A stretch of DNA of 64,000 bases from Pyrodictiaceae archaeon (GTDB lineage: Archaea; Thermoproteota; Thermoprotei_A; Sulfolobales; Pyrodictiaceae). The notes under the pieces were generated by a model, which was given only the letters and a program-made list of their open reading frames with translations, did not search any database and was not told the DNA's origin. The stretch lies in the NCBI GenBank assembly GCA_027036135.1, contig JALVSY010000007.1, positions 68,880-132,879 of the forward strand, read 5' to 3'. This document shows, one piece after another, positions 50,260 through 59,306 of the stretch (position 1 is the stretch's first letter; each line of letters starts with the position of its first letter). Position numbers and translations under genes: made by a program.

Positions 50260-51237
50260 ATGCCCCTCGAGATAGCGGTTGCGAGCGGGAAGGGGGGAGT
50301 TGGCAAGAGCACGGTCTCCTCCACGCTAGCGCTCTACCTCAAGGAGAGAGGCTATAACATCATAGCTGTTGACGCTGACGCTGATGCCCCTAATCTCCAC
50401 CTAGTACTCGAGGTTAAGTCGTGGGAGCAGGAGGAGGGGTTTAGCGATGCCTGGGTATCAGAGATAGACTACTCGCGGTGCACTAACTGCGGTGTATGCG
50501 CAGAGGTATGCCCCTACGAGGCAGTAAGCTTCACGAATGGCAAGTACGTGATTAACCCGGTTATATGTGAGGGCTGCCTAACATGTGCACTAGTCTGCCC
50601 CGAGAAGGCTATCCGGAGAAAGCGCGTAGAGAGGGGAGTGATAAGGCTCGCTAAGACCCGGTACGGGTTCCCGCTCTGGACAGCCGAGCTAATGCCCGGT
50701 AGACCCAATACTGGCAAGCTGGTAACCGAGATAAAGAACCGCGCAAAGGCAATGGCGGGGAAGGACACAGTAATAGTTGTTGACTCCGCTGCTGGGATAG
50801 GGTGCCAGGTAATATCCTCCCTAGCAGGAGCTAATGCAGCGATACTGGTGGCTGAGCCCACGCCTGCTAGCCTAAGCGACCTGAAAAGGGTACACACTAT
50901 TGCTAAGCAGTTCCTCCTACCCTCAGCCCTCGTAATAAACAAGTACGACATAAACCCAGAGTATGTTGACAAGATACTGGAGTACGCCAAGGAGGAGAAC
51001 ATCGACGTAATAGGCATGATACCCTACGACGACCACGTACCGAGAGCAGCGGCGGAGATGAAGCCCCTGGTAAAGCTCTACCCCGACTCCCCGGCAGCCA
51101 AGGCATTACTAGAGATAGCGAGAAGAATAGAAGAGACCATAGTGAGGAACTGGAGAGACTGGGCCCGCAAACACATGCCGAGAAAACCAGTACACTACAC
51201 ACCAATAGTTATCAAGCCCAAGGAGCTAGGCAGTTAA
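50260..51237 (+). CDS. MinD-superfamily P-loop ATPase with inserted ferredoxin domain (COG1149)
   Basis: SGKGGVGKS, DADADAPNLH, two CxxCxxCxxxCP, GKLVT, DSAAGIGC. Confidence 0.9.
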   Translation: MPLEIAVASGKGGVGKSTVSSTLALYLKERGYNIIAVDADADAPNLHLVLEVKSWEQEEGFSDAWVSEIDYSRCTNCGVCAEVCPYEAVSFTNGKYVINPVICEGCLTCALVCPEKAIRRKRVERGVIRLAKTRYGFPLWTAELMPGRPNTGKLVTEIKNRAKAMAGKDTVIVVDSAAGIGCQVISSLAGANAAILVAEPTPASLSDLKRVHTIAKQFLLPSALVINKYDINPEYVDKILEYAKEENIDVIGMIPYDDHVPRAAAEMKPLVKLYPDSPAAKALLEIARRIEETIVRNWRDWARKHMPRKPVHYTPIVIKPKELGS

Positions 51238-51328
51238 CCCAGTACCTTCTCCATATATAACCTCTTTTACCCCAATAATGACCAAGCTATTCCCGGCTCG
51301 GAGAACGAGCCTAGGAGGTGACACATGC

Positions 51329-51676
51329 ATGCCCAAGATAGCCATAGCCTCGGAGAACGGCGGAGGACTAGACGACGTAGTCGCGTCACGGTTCGCCCGG
51401 GCCCCAAAGTTCACCATAGTTGAGCTAGACGAGAAGGGCAACATAGTCAATGTGAGGGTCATTGATAACCCGGGTGCACAGGCTACTGGCGGCGCAGCGA
51501 TAAAGGCTATACAGGCACTGATAAACGAGGGTGTCGACCTAGTCGTTGGGCCAGCGTTTGGCCCGAATGCACAAGCGGTATTGACGGAGATGAATATTAA
51601 GAGCATGACCGCGGCAGCGGGTACGAAGATAAGGGACATTGTTGAGCAGGCTAAAAAAGAGCTGGGGCTCGGCTAG
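51329..51676 (+). CDS. NifB/NifX-family Fe-Mo cluster-binding protein (COG1433)
   Basis: KIAIAS..VASRFARAPKFTIV..FGPNA. Confidence 0.88.
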   Translation: MPKIAIASENGGGLDDVVASRFARAPKFTIVELDEKGNIVNVRVIDNPGAQATGGAAIKAIQALINEGVDLVVGPAFGPNAQAVLTEMNIKSMTAAAGTKIRDIVEQAKKELGLG

Positions 51677-52239
51677 AGCTTTATCTCAACCTTTTCCAGG
51701 TTTTCTTTGGCATAGTTGTAGCCAGCGTCGAATGCCTTGAGGTTTATCTCTATCCACTTTGGCCTCACACTTGTCTTAATAATCTCCTCCATAGTCTCCG
51801 GGTCCACTAGCCCAGTTACGTAGCTGAAAACCCCCAGCATGAAGACGTTGGCTACTCGGTAAGTACCCACCTTCTCCTCCGCCAGCCTCGTGAACGGTAC
51901 CTTGAGGACTCGTGGCCAAGGCTTCGCGGGCTCCTCTATGAACGTGCCATCCAATATTATTAGCTGGGCGTCCGGCTTCACGTACTCGGCGTAGCTATGC
52001 ATCTGGTCCTTGTACATGAATATCGCTATGTCCGCTTTCCTTACCTTTATTATGTCGATCTCGGCCTCGCTTGGGAACACTATGAGGTCGCTACGCGAGA
52101 AACCGCCACGAGTCTCAGCGCTATACATCTCGCTATTAACGACGTAGTAGCCCTTCTTGACCAGGGCCTTGCCCAGCAAGTACCCTGTAAGGAGTATGCC
52201 CTGGCCTCCCCTACCAGCTATGATTATCTCGAGAGTCAT
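51673..52239 (-). CDS. korC: 2-oxoacid:ferredoxin oxidoreductase gamma subunit
   Basis: AGRGGQGIL, YSAETRGGFS, ANVFMLG. Confidence 0.85.
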   Translation of the reverse strand: MTLEIIIAGRGGQGILLTGYLLGKALVKKGYYVVNSEMYSAETRGGFSRSDLIVFPSEAEIDIIKVRKADIAIFMYKDQMHSYAEYVKPDAQLIILDGTFIEEPAKPWPRVLKVPFTRLAEEKVGTYRVANVFMLGVFSYVTGLVDPETMEEIIKTSVRPKWIEINLKAFDAGYNYAKENLEKVEIKL

Positions 52240-53123
52240 TGCTTGCTCCACCTCCTCTCGGGCAACTCCTTGCACCAATCATAGTTATAGACCTGGCAAA
52301 TGGACTCCATGTACCCAGGCTCGTCCTTGTCCACGAAGACTCCTAGCGTTATCTCGTCCTCCCAGTCATACTTGATCTCCTCTAGGGCCTTCGGCTTCCT
52401 CACCTTGGCTACCTTTCTTAGCCTCTCATAGAAGTCTACTGGGCTCCGGAACCCTATGTGGCGCCCAAAGATCTCCGGGCATATCGATACTACCTCTATG
52501 AAGCGGAACCCACGGCGCGGTAGCGCCCTTTTCACGGACTCCTCTATGTGTACTGGGTAGTGTATACTCCAGCGAGCAACGTAGTTGGCTCCGAGCGCTG
52601 CTACTAGCCTAGCTACGTCCATCGGTCTCTCCGGGTTCCCCTTGGGCGTCGTTGTGCTATAGGCTCCATGGGGTGTTGTTGGGGCTAATTGTCCACCTGT
52701 CAACGCGTAGTTGAAGTTATTGACCATTATTACTAGCATGTCGAAGTTCCTGCGAGCAGCGTGGAGCAAGTGATTGCCACCAATACCTGCTAGGTCTCCG
52801 TCGCCGCTAAACACTACCGGCACCAGCTTGGGATTGGCTAGCTTCACTCCATAGGCATAGGCTATTGGCCTGCCGTGGGGCGTGTGGGCCCCGTCTAGAC
52901 GCACATAGCCAGAGGCGCGCCCAGTGCAGCCTATACCGGTGACGAACACTAGTTGCTTCCTATCAATAACCCCCTTGGCTTCTAGGGCCTTGACTGCTCG
53001 GAGGAAGGCTTGCAGCGTTATCCCTATGCCGCACCCGGGGCACCATACGTGAGGGAGTCTCTCGGTTCTTAGGAGGTCGTCTACACGGTGCCTATACTCT
53101 AGCTTGGGGACCTGGACGGTCAT
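52236..53123 (-). CDS. korB: 2-oxoacid:ferredoxin oxidoreductase beta subunit
   Basis: WCPGCG, GIGC, HGR, GDGDLAGIGGNH, TGGQLAPTT. Confidence 0.9.
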   Translation of the reverse strand: MTVQVPKLEYRHRVDDLLRTERLPHVWCPGCGIGITLQAFLRAVKALEAKGVIDRKQLVFVTGIGCTGRASGYVRLDGAHTPHGRPIAYAYGVKLANPKLVPVVFSGDGDLAGIGGNHLLHAARRNFDMLVIMVNNFNYALTGGQLAPTTPHGAYSTTTPKGNPERPMDVARLVAALGANYVARWSIHYPVHIEESVKRALPRRGFRFIEVVSICPEIFGRHIGFRSPVDFYERLRKVAKVRKPKALEEIKYDWEDEITLGVFVDKDEPGYMESICQVYNYDWCKELPERRWSKQ

Positions 53124-54274
53124 ATCTCTACACCTGCTTTCCTGAAGTAGCCTAGTAGCTCATCTGGGCCTGGGAGCTCGGGGGTTAGGACAGGGACTAG
53201 CTCAATCTTCCTACCTGTTGGGCCTAGGATTCTCGCTACCTCGCGGTATAGCTGGCCAAGGTTCATCTCAGCGACGATTACTCTATCGGCGTGCTCGACG
53301 GCCTTGCTGAGGCCCTCCTCGTCCAGAGGCCATATCGATACCGGTCTCCATAGCCCAACCTTCTTGCCCTGCTTGCGCAGATCCTTGACAAGCGCTAGTG
53401 CTGAGCGAGCCAGTGTGCCGAAGGCCACTATGACTGTCTCGGCGTCCTCGGTGTACCTCGCCTCGGAGCTGACGACGTGGTGCTTGTTCCTAGTTATCTT
53501 CTCCTCTAGCCTCTTGACCAGCCTCTCGTAGTTCTCCGGGTCGGTGGTATAGTATCCTCTCTCATCATGGACAAGGCTCTCTGCTAGCACAGCATAGCCC
53601 TCGCCATAGAAAGCCATGGGTGGGACTAGGTCATCGGGGTCTGGCTTGAATGGCTTGAACTCTCCTGGCGGCTCCCGTGGCGGTTTGCGGTCAGCGACCT
53701 TTACCTCGCCCGGCTCATAGACTACTGCTAGCTCACGGGTATGAGCGATAACTGCGTCCGATAACACTATTGTTGGTACTCTTAGCCTCCACGCAGTATC
53801 GAAGGCCTTGACTACTAGGTTGTAGGCCTCCTGTACGCTCCATGGCGAGTACACTACTACCCCGTAGTGGCCGTGGCTAGCCCACCGGGACTGCATCACG
53901 TCGCCCTGCCCAGTACCCGTGGCTATACCAGTGCTAGGCCCCGTCCTCATATTGTAGACAATGACTATTGGTGCCTCGAGCATCGCGGCTAGGCCCAGGC
54001 TCTCAGCCATGAGGCTAAAGCCTGGCCCACTAGTAGCTGTCATGGCCTTGGCTCCAGCGTAGGTTGCGCCGACGAGCGCGTTTATCGCAGCTATCTCGTC
54101 CTCTGCCTGGAACACGACACCGCCGTAGCTCGGGAGCTTCTCCGCAAGGTACTCGAAGAGGTCGCTAGCAGGGGTTATGGGGTAGCCTATGAATACTCGG
54201 AGCCCCGCGGCTATAGCTGCCTCAGCCATAGCCTCGTTACCGGTTAGGAACTCGCGCCTAGCCATGGGAACCAT
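53120..54274 (-). CDS. korA: 2-oxoacid:ferredoxin oxidoreductase alpha subunit
   Basis: GYPITPAS, QAEDEIAA, TATSGPGFSLM, RTGPSTG. Confidence 0.9.
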   Translation of the reverse strand: MVPMARREFLTGNEAMAEAAIAAGLRVFIGYPITPASDLFEYLAEKLPSYGGVVFQAEDEIAAINALVGATYAGAKAMTATSGPGFSLMAESLGLAAMLEAPIVIVYNMRTGPSTGIATGTGQGDVMQSRWASHGHYGVVVYSPWSVQEAYNLVVKAFDTAWRLRVPTIVLSDAVIAHTRELAVVYEPGEVKVADRKPPREPPGEFKPFKPDPDDLVPPMAFYGEGYAVLAESLVHDERGYYTTDPENYERLVKRLEEKITRNKHHVVSSEARYTEDAETVIVAFGTLARSALALVKDLRKQGKKVGLWRPVSIWPLDEEGLSKAVEHADRVIVAEMNLGQLYREVARILGPTGRKIELVPVLTPELPGPDELLGYFRKAGVEI

Positions 54275-54295
54275 GCACCTCCGGGCGAAGCAGGT

Positions 54296-54580
54296 CTAGT
54301 CCTTTATGACCTCGACCTCGTTTTCTCCCCAAACGATTAGGCCCTTGGGTACACCATCGCTGGAGGGCTCTATCCTTATCACGAAGTCGGGGCAGCTGAA
54401 CTCGCAGAGCCTGCAACCAATACAATCAGAGGGCTTCGTGACTGTTGTTACACGGTAGCCTTTCTGGTTCTGCTTGTTACCAGTCACGAGAATCTTCTTG
54501 GGACAGACATGGATACAGAGACCACATTCCTTGCACCGATTAGCTAGAATAATTATGTCGTATGCGCGTCTCGGAGCCAC
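54296..54580 (-). CDS. korD: 2-oxoacid:ferredoxin oxidoreductase delta subunit (ferredoxin)
   Basis: CKECGLCIHVCP, CIGCRLCEFSCPD. Confidence 0.88.
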   Translation of the reverse strand: MAPRRAYDIIILANRCKECGLCIHVCPKKILVTGNKQNQKGYRVTTVTKPSDCIGCRLCEFSCPDFVIRIEPSSDGVPKGLIVWGENEVEVIKD

Positions 54581-54708
54581 TCATGCATCACCATGGGGGA
54601 CAGCGTCCTAGGGTTTTCAAGGCATATGCACCACGCGTACGGGGTTCTCTCCTCCTCGCCGAGCCATGCCCGGGGATGGGTCTTGCTCGTGTAAAGACTA
54701 TGTTAAGG

Positions 54709-54726
54709 AGAAGGTTAAAACCTTCT
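54709..54726. promoter_or_regulatory. Perfect 8-bp inverted repeat upstream of the kor operon
   Basis: AGAAGGTT aa AACCTTCT in the divergent intergenic region. Confidence 0.4.
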
Positions 54727-54998
54727 ACGTTGCTATGAGAGGGGGCCGGAATAACCGCATTGCTCACAATATTCTCGAATATATACAACCCTATCAGAGA
54801 ATGAAAGGCTCCTAGGTATTAACAATGCCTCGCTACGCGTTCTGCTCTTGGGCCTTATAACGATGCTTATGGAATAGAAGCTTCTTATCTGCTCACAGTA
54901 TATCAAGGAGATAACTACATAGCTATTAATACTAACCAATAATAACCGTTGATAGTGAATGGAACTACATGTAGGACTCGGAAAGGATGTGCTGAAAC

Positions 54999-55979
54999 GT
55001 GCAACTAGGCCTAGGAATAATCGTAGCAATCATAGCCTTCGCAGCCGCTGCTGGCGCAGCCTACTATGCACAGACACAGCACGCAGAGGCACCAACCACT
55101 TCGCCTACACAGGCACCCAGTACGAGCATACCGGTAACAACAAGCACTAAGGCCACGAGCACGCACTCAGCGAGCACAACCAGTTCCCCAACATCATCTA
55201 CGCATAACGGAACAACCACGGGTACAACGAGCACGACAAGGCCCAGTAAAACAAGCAGCACAACAAGCACGACAAGTACGACCACTACTACGAACACCGC
55301 GAGCTCTCCTAGCCCAACAAGTACCACTACAACAGCTACGACGAGCACTGCGACCGCTACGGCTACGAGCACGTCACCGACTCAGACAACCACAAAGCAT
55401 ACAACAACGACTACGCCCAAGGAGGAGGTACTAGAGCCAGCGGTCTTCCACACCTATCGCGAACTCCTACAAAACTATAGTCATGCAGAGATGTACTACA
55501 AGCTCGTCAACGGCTCAGAGACGACAGAGCTAATACTCTCATACAAGGCCAGCAAGACGGGTAACGGGTACCGAGTGGACATAAACACCGCCCAGATAGA
55601 GAACGGCGAGACATCCTCAAACAACACCATAACAATATTCCTGGACAAGACCATGACGACAGCGACAAAGATGATAATGCCTAATGGACAAGTCTACGAG
55701 GGCCAAATGGCCCAGATAGCTGGCCAGAACCTACTCGAGGCACTAAACCACGCAGTCGCGATGATAGCGTGGGTAGGCGATATAAAAGTAGCCATAGCCG
55801 AGGGAAGCTATGCCGCGACAAAGGCTGGCTGGGAAGTAACCAGCGTAGAGAAGACAAGCGCTACAATAAGCGGCAAGACATACAATGCGTACAAGGTACT
55901 AATGCTCAACAAGGGCGACAAGGACTCCGACATAACCAGGGTAGACTTCACCCTAGCAGAGATAAAGAAGGACACCTAG
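54999..55979 (+). CDS. Membrane-anchored Thr/Ser-rich surface protein; frame continues past TAG to 56054
   Basis: Signal anchor, about 110 aa Thr/Ser stalk, beta-rich domain; IAYRLHAVQRDGSEFTWEITSLEP* after the TAG. Confidence 0.75.
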   Translation: MQLGLGIIVAIIAFAAAAGAAYYAQTQHAEAPTTSPTQAPSTSIPVTTSTKATSTHSASTTSSPTSSTHNGTTTGTTSTTRPSKTSSTTSTTSTTTTTNTASSPSPTSTTTTATTSTATATATSTSPTQTTTKHTTTTTPKEEVLEPAVFHTYRELLQNYSHAEMYYKLVNGSETTELILSYKASKTGNGYRVDINTAQIENGETSSNNTITIFLDKTMTTATKMIMPNGQVYEGQMAQIAGQNLLEALNHAVAMIAWVGDIKVAIAEGSYAATKAGWEVTSVEKTSATISGKTYNAYKVLMLNKGDKDSDITRVDFTLAEIKKDT

Positions 55980-56190
55980 ATAGCCTACAGGCTCCACGCG
56001 GTACAGAGAGACGGCAGCGAGTTCACCTGGGAAATCACTAGCCTAGAGCCCTAGCGGTAAAAGAGCAGCAGAGGGTAGCCAAGATCAAGGGCTGCAAGGA
56101 AGACACGAGAGCCCTTCTCCTAATAAAAAGAAGCCAATAAGGGAGAAGGTCTCAGCCATCTTTTTACTAATGAATAAAAAGACGTATCCT

Positions 56191-57456
56191 CTACTTAGCC
56201 TTGGCTAGTATCTGCTCCATGAGCCTCGCATAGACCTTTGCGACAGTTCTTAGCTCTGTTAGGGAGACGTACTCGTCTACCTGGTGGGCCATGTGCCCTG
56301 GGCCGGGCCCATAGGTTATGGTCTGTATGCCTTTCTCCGTGTAGAACCTCATGTCTAGTCCTCCTAGGCAGATGCTCGTCCTCGGCTCCGAGCCCGTTAC
56401 CTCCTTCACTACGCTCTTTGCTATCCTTACTAGCTCGGCGTCTCTCGGCGTAACTGCTGGCTGTAACCTGTTAGTTACCTTGGTCTCTATGCGTACCTCT
56501 GGGTAGCGCTTCCTCAGCTTCTCTATGAACTCGTTGACCTCTTTCTCGACTTCCTCCACGGTCTCCTCAACGATCAGCCTACGGTCTACTGAGAAGGCGT
56601 AGTAGCCGGGTAGGATGTTCACCTTCGTGCTCCCCTTAACCTCGCCGCCCAGGGTTATTGTCGGGGAGGCGCCCCTGGGGTCGTCGTACTCGTAGCTGCT
56701 CTTCTTCCTCGATAACTGCTCGCGGTACTCGGTCGCAAAGTCGAGGGCTATACGGGCCATGTACTCGAAGGCGTTTACGCCGAGCCACGGGGAGGAGCCA
56801 TGTGCCTGTCTCCCGTATATCTCTACGTAGAACCAGTAGGCGCCGCGGTGCCCAATCCATATCGTTGCTGAGCCACTCGGCTCAGCTATTACTACGTAGT
56901 CTGGTCTAGTGAGATCTTGATCCACGAGATACCCTGTCCCGGTCTCGCCGCCTATCTCCTCGTCCGGCACCAAAGCAATCTCAAGTGTACCCTTGAAGTC
57001 TGGGTAAGCACTGAGGAACGCCTTGGCTGCTAGCAGTGCTGCCGCTATGCCTCCCTTCATATCGACTGCTCCACGTCCATAGAGCTTATCGCCCTCCACA
57101 ACCGGGTCGAAGGGGTCACGTCTCCACCCAGAACCGGTTGGGACTACGTCGTAGTGGCCGTTGAAGTGTAGCACTGGCTTACCGCTGCCGCGGCGCGCGA
57201 GTATAACGTAGCGCGGGTATTTGCTTAGCCCGGGGTGATGTTTCTCAACAAGATCGCTTGGAACACGATGGATCTCAACCTCGTCGAATCCTGCCTCGCT
57301 TAGTAGGCGGCAAGCAACCGAGGCGAATTCCCGGAAGTTCTCGCCTGGGGGATTAACCGTGGGTACCCTTATCATCGAGCGAAGAGCATCTACTCCCCAG
57401 TCAAAGAACTCGTCCACGAGCCTAGTAGCACGGGACAAGCCTAGATGCACCCCCAT
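56191..57456 (-). CDS. M20 metallopeptidase (ArgE/DapE family)
   Basis: HFNGHYDVVP, GRGAVDMKGG, PDEEIGG, AEPS, AHQVDE. Confidence 0.9.
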   Translation of the reverse strand: MGVHLGLSRATRLVDEFFDWGVDALRSMIRVPTVNPPGENFREFASVACRLLSEAGFDEVEIHRVPSDLVEKHHPGLSKYPRYVILARRGSGKPVLHFNGHYDVVPTGSGWRRDPFDPVVEGDKLYGRGAVDMKGGIAAALLAAKAFLSAYPDFKGTLEIALVPDEEIGGETGTGYLVDQDLTRPDYVVIAEPSGSATIWIGHRGAYWFYVEIYGRQAHGSSPWLGVNAFEYMARIALDFATEYREQLSRKKSSYEYDDPRGASPTITLGGEVKGSTKVNILPGYYAFSVDRRLIVEETVEEVEKEVNEFIEKLRKRYPEVRIETKVTNRLQPAVTPRDAELVRIAKSVVKEVTGSEPRTSICLGGLDMRFYTEKGIQTITYGPGPGHMAHQVDEYVSLTELRTVAKVYARLMEQILAKAK

Positions 57457-57690
57457 GCACGGGGACTCCTAGACAAGGGGAGGGAATGAGTTAGGGATAC
57501 GGGGAGAAAGCGCCGCCCATAGGCGCCCAGCTATTAACTTAGCGCAGGCTCCTCTAGATAAACTCTGAGCCGAGCCCTAATAAGAAGCCCTTCATGCCTC
57601 CCTTGTCCTAGGAGCCCTCCTCGAGGCTCCCTAACACTCTCTTCACCGCTTGCTCCAACTCCGCACTGCTTTGCCAGGGATTGGGGAGCC

Positions 57691-58725
57691 GTGATACTGG
57701 ATCCTGGGCCGAAGACCCGGCGTGAGGAGCTATATGGCCGTGGCTTCGAGCTAACCACGTTAATCGATGTCGTCATTGGGCAGAAGATACCGATAACCGT
57801 TATAGGTGGTGTCCGCCGGGTCGGGAAGACCTCGCTCATACTAGTAGCAGAGAACGAGCTGAGGAGTAGCGATAGGTTCGTAATAGTCTACCTCGACGCG
57901 GGTAGGATTACTAGGCGTGACCAGCTAGGCGAGGAGATTGCCAGGAGGCTACGAGTAGAACCCAGCAGCGACCCAGTCGAGGTTCTGCACCGAGCCAAGA
58001 GCCTTGAGCGACACATAGTGGTTGTGCTCGACGAGGTCCAGGAGGCTTCCCGGAGAACCCGTTACGAAATAATGGACTTGGTCGAGGCAATAGCCTACAA
58101 GATTTACCACTCCACGCTCATACTGCCAAGCTCTGCGCCCGGTCTCGCGAAGGAGGTAGCAGGGTTAGAGAAGGACGGTAAAGAGATGATTCAGAGCCAC
58201 GATGTATGGCTAAACCCTCTAAGAAAGGATGACGCCGAGGCATTGCTCATAGATGGGCTACGTGAGCGAGGAATAAGCCCAAGCCCCGACGTCGTGGAGG
58301 AGGCTGTGGAGTTCTTTGGCGCGATACCTGGGTGGCTTGTCTTCTTCGGTCTCCGCCTGGTAGCTGGACTCAAACCCGAGCAAATATATCGGGAAGCGAT
58401 AGATACCGCGCTGGAGGAGATAAGGAGGCTCGCACCGAGGCCACAGCTATTGCTAAAAGTCCTAGCCGAGGGCAACGACTCGTGGACAAAGGCGCTCAAG
58501 GCTCTAGAGGACCTAGAGGGGAGATGGGTATCCCGCAACGGGTTCGCCAAGGCGCTCCACTACTTGGAGAAAAGAGCCCTGGTAAAGGACTACAAGATAC
58601 TAGACCCTGTCTACGAGAAGGCCGCGAGGCTCCTCGACCCAAGCGAGCCACTGGCGAGACTAGGCCTAGCCCCGGGAAAGGGCAGCGCTGCGAGGCAGGA
58701 GCTAGGAGCCTCTCCTAGCCAGTAA
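57691..58725 (+). CDS. Archaeal ATPase (ATPase_2 / STAND-like)
   Basis: PKTRREELYGR, GVRRVGKTS, VLDEVQE, GAIPGWLVFFG, YKILDPV. Confidence 0.85.
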   Translation: MILDPGPKTRREELYGRGFELTTLIDVVIGQKIPITVIGGVRRVGKTSLILVAENELRSSDRFVIVYLDAGRITRRDQLGEEIARRLRVEPSSDPVEVLHRAKSLERHIVVVLDEVQEASRRTRYEIMDLVEAIAYKIYHSTLILPSSAPGLAKEVAGLEKDGKEMIQSHDVWLNPLRKDDAEALLIDGLRERGISPSPDVVEEAVEFFGAIPGWLVFFGLRLVAGLKPEQIYREAIDTALEEIRRLAPRPQLLLKVLAEGNDSWTKALKALEDLEGRWVSRNGFAKALHYLEKRALVKDYKILDPVYEKAARLLDPSEPLARLGLAPGKGSAARQELGASPSQ

Positions 58726-59241
58726 GCGCCCCGTCTTCTCAAGCCCGCAGCCAGCGACGGGTTCGCTTTGGATAGGCGGCTCGCGGCCCGCGACAAGGCA
58801 GAGATAAGCAATAGCGTCGAGTACCTCGCGGACAAGCTCCTCGCGTAACCAGGGCTCGCCGCTAGCCGCGTGCATCTCTGCACTTGGGTGGAGGTACTCG
58901 CCTAGCCAGAGATAGACGCGTAGGATCCAGTGCTTTCGGGACCCATGGACTCCGCGGAGGCGCTTAATCATCGTTGCCGTGAAGCTCGCGGCTGCTCGGC
59001 TACGGCGACGAATCCTCTCAAGAGCCTCGCCCCAATCGATGCCCTGTAGCAGGTAATAGGCGTACTGTATAGCAGTCTCGAGGCCTAGGCGTAGCCAGGA
59101 ATAAGCACACACCACGTCACCCTGCTCCAGGGCATGCCTAGCCGCCAAGAGGCTCCGCTGCAATAATCCCGGCTCACAGCTCCCCAGCGCCCTTGCTAGG
59201 CCCTCTAGGCACTCCGCGAGCCCCAGCCTTGTCTCTGGCAC
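58702..59241 (-). CDS. Hypothetical helical protein, possibly HEPN-like
   Basis: AYSWLRLGLE..VYLWLGEYLHPS. Confidence 0.5.
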   Translation of the reverse strand: MPETRLGLAECLEGLARALGSCEPGLLQRSLLAARHALEQGDVVCAYSWLRLGLETAIQYAYYLLQGIDWGEALERIRRRSRAAASFTATMIKRLRGVHGSRKHWILRVYLWLGEYLHPSAEMHAASGEPWLREELVREVLDAIAYLCLVAGREPPIQSEPVAGCGLEKTGRLLARRGS

Positions 59242-59306
59242 GCTTCCCTACCACGGCTGTGCTGAGACGCGTAAACCCCTTACAATACCCCCTGCCTAAC
59301 CCACTA

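Noticed and set aside
55977-55979. Pyrrolysine or selenocysteine recoding at the in-frame stops
   Set aside because: No pyl or sel machinery in the window, TAG and TGA are used as normal stops throughout, and single-base nonsense changes explain the cases
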